A stretch of 64,000 nucleotides of DNA from an uncultured Actinomycetota bacterium. Lineage in GTDB: Bacteria; Actinomycetota; Actinomycetes; Propionibacteriales; Nocardioidaceae. The position numbers and the translations under genes were made by a program. Positions 61,416-64,000 of the stretch are shown here, piece after piece; the first letter of the stretch is position 1; the number at the start of each line of letters is the position of its first letter. The notes below the pieces were generated by a model. That model saw only the letters and a program-made list of their open reading frames with translations. It did no database searches and was not told the origin of the DNA. The stretch is from contig CAWAJJ010000006.1 of the NCBI GenBank assembly GCA_963782305.1, forward strand, positions 99,463 through 163,462. Reading direction: 5' to 3'.

Positions 61416-61595
61416 TCAGGCCGACCAGCGCACCGACTCCTCGACGACGTCGGCGAAGGCGTGCACCCCGCGCAGGTCGACCCGGGAGGACAGCAACGTG
61501 CTGACCCCGTGCTTGTGCCTGATGGCCAGGTCGGACTGTCCGGTCTCCCGGATCGGACTGGCCAGCTGCTGCTCGATTTCGGCGATGTGATCCAT
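61416..61595 (-). CDS. small hypothetical protein
   Basis: GGAGGGAG RBS; MDHIAEIEQQ...DLRGVHAFADVVEESVRWSA. Confidence 0.55.
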   Translation of the reverse strand: MDHIAEIEQQLASPIRETGQSDLAIRHKHGVSTLLSSRVDLRGVHAFADVVEESVRWSA

Positions 61596-61730
61596 CACAG
61601 CTCCCTCCATGGACTGTTGACGAGTCTGGAGCGTGACAGGACAAGGTCACCGGACGATTGACGCACGGTTACCGGGAGGTCACAGGGGGAGAATCTTCAA
61701 CTACTGCTGTTCATCTGGGCCTGCTCGGGG

Positions 61731-62513
61731 CTAGAAGTCGAAGCCGTCGAACATGTCGCCGATGCCGTCGAACATGCCACCGATGCCGTCGCCGATCGAG
61801 CCGATCCCCTCGCCGAGACCTTCCCCGATGGCGCCGATGCCATCACCCAGTCCGTCGAACCCGCCACCGAACAGCAGCCCCATGAACATCCAGTCCATCG
61901 GGCCGAAGCCACCGAAGTAGCCCGCGGCGTAGGGCTGGTAGGCCCGTCCGCCCTGGAAGTAGGGCACCCGCCGGTTGCCGACCATCACCTTGCGGATGTC
62001 CGGCTCGGCGCCCGCATGGACGCGCTCGGCGTCCAGCTGGCAGGCAGGTACGTCGCGCTGGGTCCCGCCCGGAGGCGTGTAGGGCACGTCCTCGACGGAC
62101 AGCCCGTGGCGCGGGTCGAAGAAGCACGGCGGCCGGCGGGTGGGCAGCGGCTCTCCGGCGACGCGTGCGCGCACGCAGGCCATGGCGTACTTGCCGTCCT
62201 CGAGGATCTCGGTGACGTTCTTGACGTCCTCGGGCTGCTGGATCTTGTCCGCGGCACGCTTGGCCGACTCGTAGGAGTCGAGCGCCCGCTGGTAGTCCGC
62301 GTGCTCGCCCGGGTCGAGCTCACGCCCGGCCATCTCCATGTCGAGCAGCTGCAGCTCCTCACCGAGAGCGGTGACGTCCTCGAAGGCGAACTTGCGCACG
62401 GGCGCGAGCTCGGCCTCCTTGCGCTCCAGGGCCTTGCGCTGGTTGCTCTTGACGAAGGCGACCACCACGGCGGCGGCGACAGCCAGGAGAACGAGGAAGA
62501 TCAGGGCACCCAT
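61731..62513 (-). CDS. membrane-anchored hypothetical protein with Gly/Asp-rich tail
   Basis: N-terminal TM, PPCFFDPRHG and VPAC motifs, GDGIG repeats. Confidence 0.75.
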   Translation of the reverse strand: MGALIFLVLLAVAAAVVVAFVKSNQRKALERKEAELAPVRKFAFEDVTALGEELQLLDMEMAGRELDPGEHADYQRALDSYESAKRAADKIQQPEDVKNVTEILEDGKYAMACVRARVAGEPLPTRRPPCFFDPRHGLSVEDVPYTPPGGTQRDVPACQLDAERVHAGAEPDIRKVMVGNRRVPYFQGGRAYQPYAAGYFGGFGPMDWMFMGLLFGGGFDGLGDGIGAIGEGLGEGIGSIGDGIGGMFDGIGDMFDGFDF

Positions 62514-62593
62514 GTCGTCAGGCTACGACCCCCGTCCCAGTGGCCTTCCCCGTTGTCCGGCCCGACTCAGGTGCCGGCTGCCACAATCCGGCT

Positions 62594-63073
62594 ATGACAG
62601 AACGCATCGAGGTCAGCCGGCCCATCGACGCCAGTCCGGAGGCCGTCTTCGCGGTGCTGTGCGATCCGCAGGGCCATGTGGCCATCGACTCCTCGGGGAT
62701 GCTGCAGTCGGCCGAGGGCGACTCCGTCGGGGCGGTCGGCGACTCGTTCGTCGTGCACATGGACCGCGAGTCGCTGGGCGACTTCGACATGGGGCTGTAC
62801 GACGTCACGGTCACCATCTCGGCCTACGAGCAGGACCGGGAGATCGCCTGGAAGGTGCTCGGGCGGGTACGCCCGCAGATCGGCCATGTCTACGGCTACC
62901 GGATCGAACCGGCAGAAGCAGGCGGGTCGGTCGTCACGTCGTACTACGACTGGTCCGACATCGCCCCGGAGTGGCGCGAGGCCGACATCTTTCCGGTGCT
63001 CTCCGAGACCGCCCTCAAGGCGACCCTGGGCATCCTCGACCGGACCGTGCGGCGCGGCTACCCCCGAGGCTGA
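62594..63073 (+). CDS. SRPBCC/polyketide cyclase family protein
   Basis: IEVSRPIDASPEAVFAVL, IDSSGML, REIAW, YYDWS. Confidence 0.8.
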   Translation: MTERIEVSRPIDASPEAVFAVLCDPQGHVAIDSSGMLQSAEGDSVGAVGDSFVVHMDRESLGDFDMGLYDVTVTISAYEQDREIAWKVLGRVRPQIGHVYGYRIEPAEAGGSVVTSYYDWSDIAPEWREADIFPVLSETALKATLGILDRTVRRGYPRG

Positions 63074-63088
63074 GCCGCGCCGCCCGCA

Positions 63089-63670
63089 TCAGTTCTGGTG
63101 GTGCAGCACCCCGCCCTGGGTCAGGAAGAAGCGGGTGTCCTCGTTCAGTGCGCCCGTGGCCCTGACCCCCTGGCTGCGCTGAAAGGCCTTCAGCGCGCGC
63201 CGGGTCGGCAACTTGTACTTCCCGTTCACCGGGACCCTGGCACCAGCGGCGCGCAGCGCCCGCTGCAGGGTGCGTACGCCGGGACCGTGCTGCCCGAGGT
63301 GGAGGTTGCGCTTGGGCAGGTGACGGCCGAAGAGCAGCACCCAGAAGCCGTTGTTGACCCGGCCGGGGTGCGGCGCCGTTCCCTCGAACCCGTCCTCGAC
63401 GCGGCGTACGGCGGCCCGGGTCTGCGGTCCGTACCACCCGTCCACGACGACCGGGCCGTAGCCGTCGTCGTTGAGGGCGCACTGCAGGGTGCGCACCGCC
63501 GGGCCGCGGTCGCCGGGCACGAGCACCGGATAGCTGGCCAGCGTGCGGTGGCAGCCGCCGGTCTTCGCAGAAGCGGCCGGGGCAGCCGCAGTGGCCGACA
63601 CGGTTGCCGGCCCGACGAGCCCCAGGGCCAGGGTCGCGAGCACGGCAACAAGGGTGGTGGATCGACGCAT
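63089..63670 (-). CDS. secreted protein with two peptidoglycan-binding domains
   Basis: Signal peptide; GDRGPAVRTLQCAL..DGWYGPQT and GQHGPGVRTLQRAL..FQRSQG..TG. Confidence 0.85.
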   Translation of the reverse strand: MRRSTTLVAVLATLALGLVGPATVSATAAAPAASAKTGGCHRTLASYPVLVPGDRGPAVRTLQCALNDDGYGPVVVDGWYGPQTRAAVRRVEDGFEGTAPHPGRVNNGFWVLLFGRHLPKRNLHLGQHGPGVRTLQRALRAAGARVPVNGKYKLPTRRALKAFQRSQGVRATGALNEDTRFFLTQGGVLHHQN

Positions 63671-63770
63671 GGGGTCTCCTCAGGTGAGCGAGCCCGATGG
63701 CTCGGCGCTCGCAGTCTCCCCTGAGGAGGCCCTCGACGACCCGCAGATACGCCGCAGACGAACCAGCGAA

Positions 63771-64000
63771 TCAGCGCTTGCTGTAGTCGCGGAACCCGCG
63801 CTTGGTCTTGCGACCGAGATAGCCGGCCGTGACCAGGTGCTCCAGCAGCGGTGCCGGCGCGAACCCGGGCTCGCGGAACTCGAGGTAGAGCTCACGCTGG
63901 ATCGCCAGCGACACGTCGTTGCCGACCACGTCGAGGAGCTCGAACGGCCCCATCGGCAGGGCACATCCCTGCTTCATCGCGGTGTCGATGTCGTCGGCCG
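63771..64000 (-). CDS. 3-hydroxyacyl-CoA (3-hydroxybutyryl-CoA) dehydrogenase, 3' end (partial)
   Basis: DIDTAMKQGCALPMGPFELLDVVG..GYLGRKTKRGF. Confidence 0.85.
   Translation of the reverse strand, partial: ADDIDTAMKQGCALPMGPFELLDVVGNDVSLAIQRELYLEFREPGFAPAPLLEHLVTAGYLGRKTKRGFRDYSKR

Noticed and set aside
185-63977. Hundreds of long antisense or alternative-frame ORFs (e.g. 5484..7886, 22308..24893, 29373..31502)
   Set aside because: Typical high-GC shadow ORFs: Arg/Pro/Gly-rich, no motifs, overlapping confident genes.
1-64000. tRNA, rRNA, cobalamin riboswitch near icmA/meaB, prophage or defence genes
   Set aside because: No recognisable motifs by eye; a covariance-model scan would be needed to exclude small RNAs fully.

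Overview
High-GC actinobacterial chromosome segment; gene content and synteny suggest Nocardioidaceae (inference). It is mostly core metabolism: glgE-treS-mak-glgB, icmA, accA, lpdA-GGCT-punA, pmm, meaB-thiolase-mce, moxR-DUF58-VWA and ccrA. Accessory blocks are interspersed. Most notable: (1) a Corynebacterium-type type I FAS module (fas, acpS, a FasR-like TetR and two fasO-like operators); (2) a ~20-28 bp element (core TCGACAGGCTCA) found in-frame in four housekeeping proteins (five sites), always read as S-T-G-S; (3) seven copies of a ~100 bp structured intergenic repeat with compensatory stem changes, one split by an IS30 element with a CGG duplication; (4) a DUF222/HNH gene behind a perfect SOS box. 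About nine single-base frameshifts, including one in accA and one creating an apparent GlgE-TreS fusion, are most likely sequencing or assembly errors. No rRNA, tRNA or CRISPR array was seen.
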